Positions 52,686-64,000 of a stretch of DNA of 64,000 nucleotides are shown here, piece after piece. The position numbers and the translations under genes were made by a program. The stretch is from Camelus dromedarius (taxonomy: Eukaryota). The notes beneath the pieces were generated by a model. That model worked only from the letters and a program-made list of their open reading frames with translations, did not search any database and was not told the DNA's origin. The stretch covers positions 18,788,001-18,852,000 of the forward strand of contig NC_087437.1 of assembly GCF_036321535.1 (NCBI RefSeq), in the 5' to 3' direction. Position 1 is the first letter of the stretch, and every line of letters begins with the position of its first letter.

Positions 52686-54259
52686 AAAAATGAAGGAGAG
52701 GTTGACTGCAAAAGGATAACATGAGGGAATTCTTTGGGGTGTTGGATATTCTGTATACTGCTGGTGGTGGTGGTAGTTACAAGAATCTATGCATGTGTTA
52801 AAACTCATAAGAATATACATGAAAAAGTTTCTTTTTTTAAATTTTAAAAATACAATGTCACTCCCCTTTTAAGAAATGCCTTTTCATTACAAAAAAAAAA
52901 AGTCTACTGACTCAGAAAAAGAAAGATCTAAATGAGAGATATGCAATCTGCATTATCAGAGCAACTGGTAGGTAACACACTATACACACCCAACCGTACA
53001 TCCAATCCCTTTCATTTTTCCTGTCAATTAGAAGCTTGTCACTCAGAATTATTTAACCTGGAGATGACAACATAAAGGCTACCATGGAATGTATGAGACA
53101 ACAACAACTAAAAACAGAAGTGCACCAGTTTAGAGCCATTCTACAGGGTAAAGCGGGACCCAATGGCTGGAAAAATCCAGAAAGTCAGACTTAGATTATG
53201 ATAAAGAAGAAAGGTCTTGTCAAGAAAGGATAGTTTCCTCTTACACAAGGTGTTCCAGCAGACGTGGGACTACCAAGGGCGCATAGGTACTCCTCAGAAA
53301 AACAGCACATAGAAATAAGGGAATGGAAACGGGGCAGAGGGAAAATAATCCAAGTGTCAAAATTTGGAAAGGGGTACAAGAAGTAAAAAGGAGCGAGAAG
53401 GGAAATTGCCCCATACAAGCCTGAAATCTATGGTATTCTCCCTAATCTTCCTTCTCTTCTACTAAATGTTCAGTGAGTAGTAGTATTCTTCTAGTCTAGG
53501 TTTTCCTTCTCCAGTATTTCTTCCTATTACCTACTTTGATGATGAAATACTACAGTGATTTTTTCCATACCCTCTTTGTTCACAAATCTGCTAGATAGTC
53601 TTCAATGCTACAGAGACTTGGTCTCAAGCAAGGGGAAAAGCCTAAATTATTCGCCTCTTTCTACAATAACAAAGCTTGCAAGAAAGCAGTTAATAGAAGC
53701 CAAATGATAGGGATTTAGCCCCAAGATATGGTAAGATATGATAACTGAATCAAATGGTCAGAAGATACATACGTAAATGCACATAAGTAAGAGGAGGAGA
53801 TGGGGGGGTGTATTCAGATTCAGAAAAAATAGTGTAATTGAAATAAAAACACCTGCTCTCTGTCAAAATTCCAACTGCTACTATGTAGGATTTCATATGC
53901 AATACTTGATTAAACTGTCACATTCTAGAACCAGTCTCCTCCAGTCAAAACCAAAATTTAATGCCTCTAAAGAACAAAACAAGGCTGGAACGCTCATTTG
54001 GTTCCTTACTCACAAAAATACTAATGATCCAGTACACAATGGACAAAATCCATATTTTTGTTATCAAAGGCTTAATGTCTAAGTGTGTAACCTTTTCAGG
54101 AGCTATAGTACCTTAACGAAGACTGAGAGAGTAAGGATACTTAATAGAATAACTCTAGGCCCTGTGACTACTTTCTCATTTGCACAAATCTGGGACCAAA
54201 AAAAGAGCCAAATGTGTTCAGTACATATTACACTTGGAATCAGAAGATTTCATAACCTA

Positions 54260-55120
54260 TTTCATTCACACATGTGTTCATTCAGCACTAGTTAAATGTC
54301 CAGACATCATTCTAGTTATTGAGAATACCCCAAGGAAGACAGGTTCCTGACATCAAAGAGCTTATAGTATGTTGGAGGGAAAAGACCATAAACAAGTGAA
54401 CAAGAAAAATAAACAAGATAATTAGCTGATAATGCAGGTAAAGAGTTTGGATTTATTTCTTAGTGTGACAAGAAGCCACTGGAGCCGGGAAAGTAAGTGA
54501 AGATCACTCTGACTGCTGTTTGAAAACGGACTGCAGGAGCACAAGACCAAAGGCAAGGAGACCAGTTAGGAAGATACTACCCAGGAAAAACTGGCATGGG
54601 GGCAATAAAAACAAAGTGGAGTAAATATATTCGGGATATATTTTGGAGACAAAATCAACAGGGTTTGCTGAAGTACTGGTTGTGTGTGGGGGTGGGAGAG
54701 CAGTGAGGCAAAGGCATGAATTAAGGACGGCCACCAGATTTTTCACTTTGTGGAAGAGAGGGCAGAGGAGTGCTCTTATGAAATGGAGACTGCTGGGGAA
54801 GGAACAGTCTCCATGAAGAATGGAAATCAAGAGCTCTACTTTGAACATGTTAAGTTTAAGACAGACAAAGAATGATGATATGCAGGCAGGTAGAAGAAAT
54901 TTGAAGTTCAGGACTGGAGATAAAAATCTGAGCATCAACAACACAGATAGTATTTAAACCACAGCAAAAGATGAGATCACCAAGAGAGAGTACAGGTAGG
55001 AAAAAGTAGAGGTACAGGCTTGGAAGCCCTGAGGCATTAGGATGTTTTGAACTCAGGAAGAGAAGAAAAAGTCAACAAAAGAGATAAAGAGAGTGAAGAG
55101 AAGGAAAACCATAAAAGCAT
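54260..55120 (-). mobile_element. L2 LINE fragment
   Basis: ttcattca...gatcactctgactgctgtttgaaaa...ttgaacatgttaagtttaag...ggtagtatttaaa-like motifs. Confidence 0.75.
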
Positions 55121-55287
55121 AGCACCTGGAAGGTTCCTTTATATAATGTGATTCTCTAATCCATCACCACCCTCGGACACACACTCTCAAATTCTATAGA
55201 TAAAAAAGGTGAGGCCCAGGAAAACTGGGTGACATCCCCAAAGTCCCAGCTATTTGAGACCCAAGACCAGGCCTAAGATGTAACTCT

Positions 55288-55444
55288 TTTTTAACGCTTT
55301 TTATTATTTTTATTTTTTATTAGATTTGTGGGGGGTAATTAGGTTTATTTGTTTATTGACTGATTGATAGAGGAGGTACCAGGGATTGAACCCAGGACCT
55401 TGTGCATGCTAAGCCAGCACTACCACTTGAGCTATACCCTCCCC
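55288..55444 (-). mobile_element. Vic-1-type SINE
   Basis: ggggtaattaggtttattt...gaggtaccagggattgaacccaggaccttgtgcatgctaagc...gagctataccctcccc. Confidence 0.92.
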
Positions 55445-56639
55445 TCCCTCAGATGTGAATTCTGACCCCTAGCCTTTTCACTGTGGCTAGCAGTGCTTCT
55501 CCTGCTGGGTTCGCCAGTTTAAAGTTAGGTAACAGGGAAGATCCTAATTTAGGAAGAACACAATTAAACTACAAGGAAGAACGTAATTTAGACTACAAGG
55601 TTAATTTTTAATTTTTTCTTTGTATTTTGTTTACATTCACAAAGCAAGTTGGATCAAAAGCCTTTATGGATGAGTCTCTAAGAAAACCACCAAATATAGG
55701 CAAGAGGTGCAAAATGGCAGCAAATCAAAAACCAACTCAATTTTCTCTATTTCTGAAAAACACCCTGAAGGAAGAAGACCCTCATCAGAATGTGAATCAG
55801 AGGGTGTATAACAAACCTTTGGGGGTTTAGTCATTTTTGCTTTAGCGAATACAATTCCAGTTTAAAGCTTAAGATTCTTACTTTGTTCCACAACTGCCTT
55901 CTGAAACTGGGTTAAGATCTTTATCCTGACCACCCTCTCCTCTGCTACATTATCATGTTCTGCTTTTACCATATGCATGTTCTGCTTTTACCATGAAAAT
56001 CTTACAGCATAGCCGAAAAATCCCCAAATGATTAATGAACTGCTGAGAATTCTGACTCGTTGGAGATGATTTTATTAGGAATCATATTTCTAAACATCCA
56101 TTCAGTGCTTCAAAATAAATACTCATCTAATTTAATCATGATGACTTCACCAGACAGTAACACTGCCCACAATGATGTTTACAAAAGCACTTGTCACTCC
56201 CTTCGGATGTAGCAATGCAGAAAAAGGAGCCTGTTTCCATATTCTTCTGTGTTTATACTCTGTAACAAGTGACAGAGTTTAAGTGTCACTTAAGATTATT
56301 TAAACAGCAAAGCACTTCAAAAGTTTGTGTGTCCCACCATCTTCCATCCTAAGCGAATCCTAAATTCGCTCAGTTTTATTTCAACAGCAATTCCCACTCG
56401 GTACCTGAGACATGTACTCAAGGCAGCCTTTGCGAAAAAAGAGACTCCAGGATTCAAGGATGAGACTATAGGATTCTACTTCAGCCACTGTAATATAACA
56501 AGCTCCAACATTAAGCACCTCTAGGGGAGGTTATTGCAACATCAAAGCACTTCGGAAACAAATGTGCCCCCCAAAAGTACAGCCGTAGACGGGAATCAGC
56601 AATAGCTAGCAAGGGAAGACGCTGCAGCAGAGTTACTCC

Positions 56640-56800
56640 TAACAGCCTACCATTTACCGAGCATTCGCTATTCGGTCATGCACATCATCTGGTCCTAGCT
56701 TCACAATAACCCTACGATGCATGTATTATTCCCATTAACAAATCCGGACACTCTGGCCCAAGGCCCCAGGGCTGTTCAGTGGCGGCGTTGGGATTTGAAA
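56640..56800 (-). mobile_element. MIR SINE
   Basis: accatttaccgagcattcgcta...cacaataaccctacg...tattattcccatt...gggatttgaa. Confidence 0.6.
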
Positions 56801-56829
56801 ACACGACTATACATACCCCAACAGTCCAG

Positions 56830-57790
56830 GATCCCCGCCCCTAAAATACACTCTGCGCAAAAAGGCACCTGAGGGTCGGGAGCTCCGCGGTTTCACCACA
56901 GACGCAGGGGGCGAGGACGCCGCCTCTCCCCAGACGCTCCTCAGGAACGCGACCCAAAGCGCCGGCAGACCCGGGCGCCCGGCCGCGTCTCTGCCGCCCG
57001 GAAGCCGAGGAGCGCCTCTCACCTTGGAGAGCCCCGGGAGGGCCGCAGGCGAGCGAGGCGCCCCCGCGGGCCGGCGGGCCGGTGTCTTCGGCGCCGGCAG
57101 GAAGCGCGGCGCGGGCAGCCAAGCAGCCGGCGCCGCAGGCAGTGGCGGGCAAGAGCGCGCCGCCAGCCCGCGCGGGGGCACCTCAGCGGCCCGCCGCGAC
57201 GGCGCCGCCCCTCAGCCGCGCCGCATCCGGGTCCCGCGCCGCCGCACTCACCTGCCCGGAGCTCCGCCGCCGCCGGCTCCTGGCTCCGAGTGCGCGGTCA
57301 GCAACCCAGGCCACAGCGACGGTCCAGCTGCGGCGCCCCCATCCCCGCCTCTCAGTCGCCGCCCCCCTGCCCCGCGCGGCGCTACACCAGCCCGCCGCCG
57401 ACTGCCATGGCCCACTCCGCCACTGCCGCCGCCGCCGCCGCACCAACCGACGGAGCACGCGCGCGCCGCCGCCGTGCCCGCGTCCGCGCCCCAGCGCGTG
57501 CCCGCCTTCCAGCAGCCCTCGCCCCGCCCCGCGCGCCGCTCTGGCCAATCCCCGACCTTCGAGCCAGGTCCTGCTGGGCCCAGCAGGGCCCCGCGGGAAG
57601 AGAGGCTGAACCGCCGCCTATTCCTCTCCGGATACTTGCCCGGCCGTGTCGTTGCTGTGCGGTAACTCTTGCTCCTCTTTGTGGCTCCCAGAGGACAAGG
57701 GATCAGGAATCCTCAGCAAGCTTCCTTCAGGAGAGACCCACCTCCTGCCCCGGCCTCGTAGCTTCCTCCGAGAGACGCCTGTGTTCCTAG
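56830..57790 (-). promoter_or_regulatory. CpG-island promoter of a minus-strand gene
   Basis: Very GC- and CpG-rich stretch of about 1 kb in an AT-rich window; GC box gccccgcccc at 57521-57530, CCAAT at 57545-57549, minus-strand splice donors inside the island. Confidence 0.93.
57252..57480 (-). other. First exon (5' leader) of the host gene; 5' boundary approximate
   Basis: Consensus donor CAG|GTGAGT at 57252/57251; (GGC)5 run at 57425-57439; two short uORFs. Confidence 0.75.
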
Positions 57791-58209
57791 GTTTCCTTGC
57801 TGGATTTCTCTCCCCAGTCACTCTCCCCAGTTCTGCACTTTGAACGATTCCTGGCTACAGCATTTTGCTTTTCCCCCTTCTCTGTCACTCCTGTTCTGGG
57901 AGTGGGGCTGCTAGGTCTGCTATTCCACAGCTGGCCTTTCTAATCCCTGCACTGGTCATAAAAGCAAAAGTCCAGCCTTCCAAGCCCAAGATTTTTCTTC
58001 TGTGTGTTCAGTCTTGTGATAACAACTAACATTTATCTGCAGAGCCTTACAGTTTACCCAGCCTTTTTCGCATACCTTATCTCCTGTTATCTTTGCACTC
58101 AACCAGGAAATTTCATGGTCCTCATTCTTAGCGGCACACTTGAATTTCTCTTACTGAAAACCAAAATTTTAACTTTTTGTAAAGTTACTATATTGTAAAG
58201 TTACTGTAA

Positions 58210-59760
58210 CTAATTGCTACTGTAATAGCGCAGGCAAATAGTTGAGTAGTCTGGGATGGAATCTTAAGTAGAACTTAATATAAAGCAAAGGTGGCATACA
58301 GTCCTGTGAGAAGAGAATAGTTTATTTGATAAATGATCCTGGTTTAATTGACTATTCATAATATCAAATCTGGAACCATATCATATTCAAAAATATGTTT
58401 CAAGAGAGTTAAAGACATAAAAATATACAGAACAAAAACGGAGTAAATTTTTAAAGAGCAGTAATATAACTTAAAAAACAATAGAAATAGAGTGGCAGAA
58501 AACATAGCAAACTCATTGTATTTCTAACTTGAGTTTCTATAAATGGACTTTTTCAAAAACCGAATAGCTCAATGTTTTTAAAATATAGGCAAAGTATACT
58601 CTGAGGCAATTAATGGGAAGAGAAAAGCCAAATGGTTCATTAAAAAGATACTTATTTAATTAACCATCATGGAAAAGCAAATTAAAACAGTAATCCATTT
58701 TTCACTCATTAAATTGGCAAATATTAACAAAACCAATCAATGATACATTCAGAAACAAGCCCTGGTTCCTCTCTGATGGTAGTGTAAATTGCCATAAACT
58801 CTAGGAGTAATCTGGGCATAACTATTAAAATTTAAAATACATATACCTTCCCAAAGACCAAAAAATACATAAAACCTGCCCTACAGAAAAACTGAGGAAA
58901 AGAAAATACTAGATGCAAGGATGTACACAAGGATACAGTAGTGGGTTGAATGTTGGCCCTCATAAGATATGTCCACCTGGAGCTGTGAACATAGCCTTTT
59001 TTGGAAAAAGGATCTTTACAGATGTAATTAAGTTAAGGATCTTGAAATGAGATCATCCTAGATTTGGGGTGGGTCCTAAATCCAACGACAAGCATCCTTT
59101 CAAGAGAAAGGCAGAGAAAGATCTGAGATAGAGACACAAAGATAAAGGTGATGTGAAGAATGAGGCAGAGATGGGAGTGATTCATCTACAAGCCAAAGAC
59201 TGCCAAGGATTTCTGGGAGAGGGACACAGAACAGATTCTCAGAGCCTGCCAACCCCTTGATTTCAGACTTTGGGACTCCAGATCTGGGAGAGAATAAATT
59301 TCTATTGTTTGAAGCCACTCAGTTTGTGGTAATTGTTAAAGTTGCCACAGGACACTAACACAGATGCTTATTATATTATTTGTAGTATAAACTAACACAA
59401 ACAAACTGGGAACAAACTGATTGTCCATAAGTAATGGAATACATGAACCAATTGTACTGCCTCCATACTATGCAATATTGTATAATGAAAATGAGAACTA
59501 TTTTTATTGATGGAGAGGGATGTCCATGATATATTGCTAAAGTGGAAAATGCAAATTGCAGGATGATAAAGAGTGGTATAATCCTGTTAGTATATTGCTG
59601 ACCATTTATGTATATATTCAAGTGGGCATAGAGAAAGGGGTGGAAGAATTTATCACATTGGAAAGTTCAGAGGGCTGACAGAGGAGGGGTTAGGTGAGAG
59701 GGAGTTATCTTTTTCTTCATAGGTTTTTTATATCTTACTGTTAAAACCAGTATATGTATT
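58210..59760 (+). mobile_element. Old L1 (L1ME-like) fragments interrupted by an MLT1 LTR
   Basis: gcaaattaaaacag...aaattggcaaa...gatggtagtgtaaattg...aactgggaacaaactgattgtcca. Confidence 0.55.
58937..59362 (+). mobile_element. MaLR LTR (MLT1C-like)
   Basis: gtagtgggttgaatg...cagatgtaattaagttaaggatcttg...gagaataaatttctattgtttgaagccac...aacaca; 5-bp TSD gatac / gatgc. Confidence 0.88.
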
Positions 59761-60021
59761 ATCATATTCCTTTAATAAATATAGCAGCTTTAATGGAAAA
59801 AGCAAGTTGTGAATAGTTTTTAAATCATGATTAAAGTTGTGAATATAAAGAAAAGGTTCTAGCTGTCCAATTTTAGAAAATTCAAATGTTTTCCACAACC
59901 CCACTTCCCCATTACTCAGTTCTGAATTTTACTTCACTGTATAATCTGGTGTTTTACCCCTATTTTCCTTCTTTCTAAATACTTTCAAGTATTTCCCAGG
60001 CTCACAAAATTTTTATTTTCT

Positions 60022-60116
60022 GGAGGGAGGTTGTAGGTCAGTGGTAGAGTGTATGCTTAGCACACATGAGGTCCTGGATTCAATCCCCAGTGATTCCATT
60101 AAAGAAAAAAAAAGTA
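60022..60116 (+). mobile_element. Vic-1-type SINE (short form)
   Basis: tRNA-like body plus A tail; exact 16-bp TSD aaaatttttattttct (60006-60021 / 60117-60132). Confidence 0.93.
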
Positions 60117-60439
60117 AAAATTTTTATTTTCTTTTTTACTGTTTTAGAATTTGAGTGCTTCCTTTTCATTGTATAAGTAATAAATTCACATGGTTTGAAA
60201 TCCAAAATGTACAACCGAACACACAATAAGTCTTTCTCTCAGCTATGAATCTCTTCTCAGACAACCAATGTTGTCAGTTTCTTGAGCATCCTTCCAAAGT
60301 AATGTATGCAGATATAAGCAAGCACAAGTGTATTTTCTCCATTTTTTAACATATATGGAAGTGTTTGACTCATGTTTGCTTTTTTTCATATAATATCTAT
60401 TAGGTTGTTTCATATGAGTGCTTGTAGTTTATATAGTCT

Positions 60440-61110
60440 TCTTAAATTGCTATATAGAATATGTACAAAAAATTGCCTACATCATAAATTTTCACAAACT
60501 GAACACACCTGTGTGGCCAGTTTCCAGATCAATCGAGAACCTGACAAATATCTCAGAACCCACTTGTGACCCCTTTCAGTCACTGCCCTGCCCCACTAGG
60601 AGTAACCACTATCCCAGCTTCTATCTCTACAGATTCCTTCTTCCTCTTTTTGAACTTTAATTAAATAGATTCATACAGTGTGCTCTTTTTTGTGTTTGGC
60701 TTCTTTTGCTTTATGTTTCCTCTACATTGTTTTGATATTCATACACTACTGCATGTAACAGTATTTTATTCATTCTTGTGATACAGTATTTCATTCTGTA
60801 TGCATTCTATTTTCTGGCTATATAATGTTCCATTGTAAGGATATACCATATTTATCAGTCCCTTATTGATGGATATTTTTAGACTATTTCCAGTCTTTCG
60901 ATATACAAACAATGCTGCAGTGAACAACCTTGAATTTATATCATTTTCTGCATATGAAAATGTAACTACAGAATGTATCCCTAGAAGTAGAATTATTGGG
61001 TCAATAGGTAGAGGTATTTGTAATTTTGAAGAATATTGCCAAATTACACTCTCTATGGGATATATCCTTTACACTCCTACCAGCAGAATATTTGAGAGCT
61101 TATTTTCTTA
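60440..61110 (-). mobile_element. Old L1 (L1ME-like) fragments
   Basis: gtaaccactatcccagcttct...tttggcttcttttgct...aacaatgctgcagtgaac...cctagaagtagaattattggg. Confidence 0.65.
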
Positions 61111-61399
61111 GAATTTTAGAGCTTGGAGCTTGAAGACTTAGAAATTACACTGTATAGCCCACTCATCTTATACAGAGAGAAATCTAAGCCCTTAAAGGTG
61201 AAAAGACTTGCACAAAGCCCTAGAACAAGTTACCCATCATCCCCAAATTCTGAAGAAGGAGGCCTGGATGCTGATGTCACATATCAGAGGGAGCCGACAA
61301 AGCCTCAAACATCCTGTCCTGCCCACAGCTATTGGCATGCTGCCTCTCTCTCCCCTCCTGTTCCCCAACTGCCTTCAAAGACCAGCTTAAAAAGACTAG

Positions 61400-61400
<1 letters not shown>

Positions 61401-61443
<43 letters not shown>
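61401..61443. repeat. (CA)n microsatellite, about 21 units
   Basis: Visible. Confidence 0.97.
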
Positions 61444-61445
<2 letters not shown>

Positions 61446-61970
61446 CAAGGCCACCAACCATGGGAGGAAGGGGACCGAAAGTAAAATGCAGTGGAGGACA
61501 CAGGGGACTCCGAGGGGACCAGACACCACATTCTCTGGGAAAGCAAGAAATATGTAAGGCTTTGAAGGAAAATTCAATAACACAATTACACACACACATG
61601 AGCACACACATACACAGACACACACAGATCATAATTCAACTATATGTGATATCACACACCTGTAAAAAGAATGAGGCATTTCTATATGAACTGATCTGGA
61701 ACAATCTCCAAAATATTATTTAATGAAATAGGCAAGATGCAGAACAGTAAGGTGTGCTGCCATTTGGATACGCAGAGATTATTATCAGGAAGACAAGAAA
61801 CTAACAGTGGTTGCCTAGAAGGAGAGCTAGAGGCGGGGAAACAAAGAGTGGAAGGGAGAATCAGTTTTTATGGGGATTGTCTTTTATGCTGTTTGAAATT
61901 TTTATCATGCTCACATATTACCTATTATATAGAGATAGATACATAAATATATGTATAAAGGAAACATATA

Positions 61971-62133
61971 GGGAGGAGGGTATGTGGTAGAGTGTGTGCT
62001 TAGCATGCACAAAGTCCTGGGTTCAATCCCCAGTACCTCCATCTAAAATTAAATAAATAAACCTAATTACCTTTGACTCCAAAATAAATAAATAAATAAA
62101 ATTATACCCAAAAAAATGTAAAAAGAAAAAAAA
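61971..62133 (+). mobile_element. Vic-1-type SINE with a small deletion at the A box
   Basis: ggagggtatgtggtagag (agctca missing)...gtcctgggttcaatccccagtacctcc...aaacctaattacc, then A-rich tail. Confidence 0.92.
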
Positions 62134-62934
62134 AAAGAAAACATAAAAGGGCTAAGAGTCATACCTCTGTCACGGAGAAGAGAGGGAAAAAACAAAATAG
62201 GAAGGGGTGGGGCCTAGTAAGGGAGGCAGTGAGGGCACTAGACTAATAGGAAGTATTCTCAGGGACTGGCCTGGCCGATTGAGAAGGCTGATCACACTGT
62301 ATTGTCGATGCAATTTGTCTTCAACTCTATTAACTTGCAAGTCTAAAATGGTGTCATTCACTAAAGAAATCAAAGTTGAATGTTGAAAAATAATATAGCA
62401 GGCACTTTTAAAACCAATTAGCTCTGGTATGCAGAGTTAGCTAGATCAAAGGTTATAGCCCAGGTTCCCAAGGGGTTTGGGTGTGACTCTGCCTTGTGGA
62501 ATGCGAGCTATAGCTATTTATCAACAAAGACTCTTCCCTGTTTGTTGTTGTGGAGAAGCCACCTGAGACTCCAATTTACCCTGTTTTTATAAATAAAGAC
62601 GATAATGTAATATAATTCAGATAATATTTTAAATAATCTACTACCTTGAACAGCTGGAGTCCAGAATTTTCTGGCCTACTAAGAAGGCATCAGAGGCAGA
62701 TATGTCTCAAACAGGCCAGTGGCCTGTTTTCAGTTTCACCCGGATTCACCCATTCCTGAATTTTTATTGGGGAGCCTATATTCAGCTCCTATGACAGCTC
62801 ACAGGGTCTTATATTTGCAAGACAAAGCTCTAACTTCAAAGGGAATTCCTTTAGCTAAAGAGGTGGGCTTCATCAGAGTCTTTTTTTTTCCTGTGAGCAA
62901 AGACCAAACCAATTGTTGGCTTTAGCTTCTGCTT

Positions 62935-63098
62935 TTTTTTTTTTTTTTTTTTTTTGCCGGTGGGGGTGGGGTGGGGTGGGGGACGGGTGATTAGGTTCAC
63001 TTATTTATTTACTTTTGGAGGAGGTACTGAGTAGTGAGCCCAGAATCTTGTGAATGCTAAGCGTGCGCTCTGCAACTTGAGTTTATGACCTTCCCCGC
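62935..63098 (-). mobile_element. Vic-1-type SINE
   Basis: Long T tail, ttaggttcacttattt...ggaggtactgag...atgctaagcgtgcgctct; flanks tagcttctgctt / taacttctgctt. Confidence 0.88.
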
Positions 63099-64000
63099 TA
63101 ACTTCTGCTTCTTAATCAAGTCTTTATTTCAAAATGTAGGTAGATGAGGTGGTTTGACTTTTTGTAGCAACTTTTGATTCTTCAGTTAAGCTGAGTGCAC
63201 AGGTGTAGAGCAGTCTTGAAATACCTATGCAAATAAATGGGGAAGCTAGCAGGTACCGGATGGTCTGGAAAACAGAAACCTGGATTGCTCAATCTGAAAG
63301 GGTGGGGACCAGAGTGAAATTTGAGATGATTTCTCTAGTCCTCAGTCCCTTAGATTGGTCATGGAGCAGATAAATGTTCCTCTTACAAGATCAAGATTTA
63401 TACATTGAGAGGGTTCAGGGATGTTCCATTCAGACTAAACGTCCAAAATAAAATAAGCAAGTATTTGCCAAGTATCTCTTAATAGCTACCAAGAGAAATT
63501 CACACAAGGCAGTGTTTCTCAAATTCCAATAATACACAGACTCTTTTGAGGGTTAAAAAAAAAATGTTCCAGACTCATGAGAATATTCACTTCTTCACTC
63601 ACCCAGCAGCAGTTCCAGGCATCGGATCAATGGTGGAGATATGGGGGTGAACATGATTCCTACAGCATCTGTTGCAGAGGAAGAAACAGTCATTAATGAA
63701 GTCATCACATGATTAACTGCAAATTACAGCTAAGTGCATTAACGTGGGGGTGCCTCATACTTTGAAACTAAATAATGGAGGAATTGACTGAAAGGGGAAA
63801 GCAAAACTTTCTCTGAGGATGGGAAAATTTGCCTCAGTCTGAAGGGAGATGAAACCAGGCAAAGAGCGGGAACCTAAAGTGTTGCAATCAGAAAAAATAG
63901 GGGTCCTGTGGCAGGAGAGAGCATGGCCATTTGAAAAACCAAAAATGACCAGCCAGAGTGCAGGTATAAGACCCTGGGTAGACATTACCCCAACTCACTA

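Noticed and set aside
55954..55994. 19-bp direct repeat catgttctgcttttaccat (period 22); similar 13-bp repeat at 58177-58205
   Set aside because: Two-copy slippage duplications, common and with no further structure.
57425..57439. (GCC/GGC)5 as an unstable trinucleotide repeat
   Set aside because: Only five units; routine in CpG-island leaders.
56807..57843. Several long overlapping Pro/Ala/Arg-rich ORFs (up to 213 aa)
   Set aside because: Stop-codon scarcity in a CpG island; open in many frames on both strands; no recognisable domain.
61123..61632. Cluster of 78-144 aa ORFs
   Set aside because: Kept open by (CA)n repeats and MIR-like sequence; low-complexity products.

Overview
Mammalian genomic DNA, almost certainly camelid (ten copies of a tRNA-Ala-derived SINE of the Vic-1 type). 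The window holds the 5' end of a large minus-strand gene: a CpG-island promoter and first exon at about 57.25-57.5 kb, a 38 kb first intron, a 91-nt second exon (19225-19315) and at least 19 kb of downstream intron. I found no recognisable coding exon of this gene, so I do not name it. The rest is mostly interspersed repeats (L1 of several ages, L2, MIR, MaLR/MLT1 and ERV1 LTRs, hAT DNA transposons, SINEs) plus a full-length NDUFA12 processed retrocopy (485-922) whose only open-reading-frame lesion is ATG>ATA. The most unusual structures are retrotransposition and repair products: (i) a 94-bp polyadenylated, TSD-flanked copy of just the R region of a MER41-like LTR; (ii) an ORF1-only HAL1-like element with two poly(A) tails and an apparent 3' transduction; (iii) an L1 that appears to carry a transduced SINE tail; (iv) a 112-bp locally templated insertion; (v) a 5' leader rich in uORFs. 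Nearly all ORFs in the supplied track are repeat-derived or chance. Repeat subfamily names are from memory of consensus sequences, not from a search, and boundaries of old repeats are approximate.
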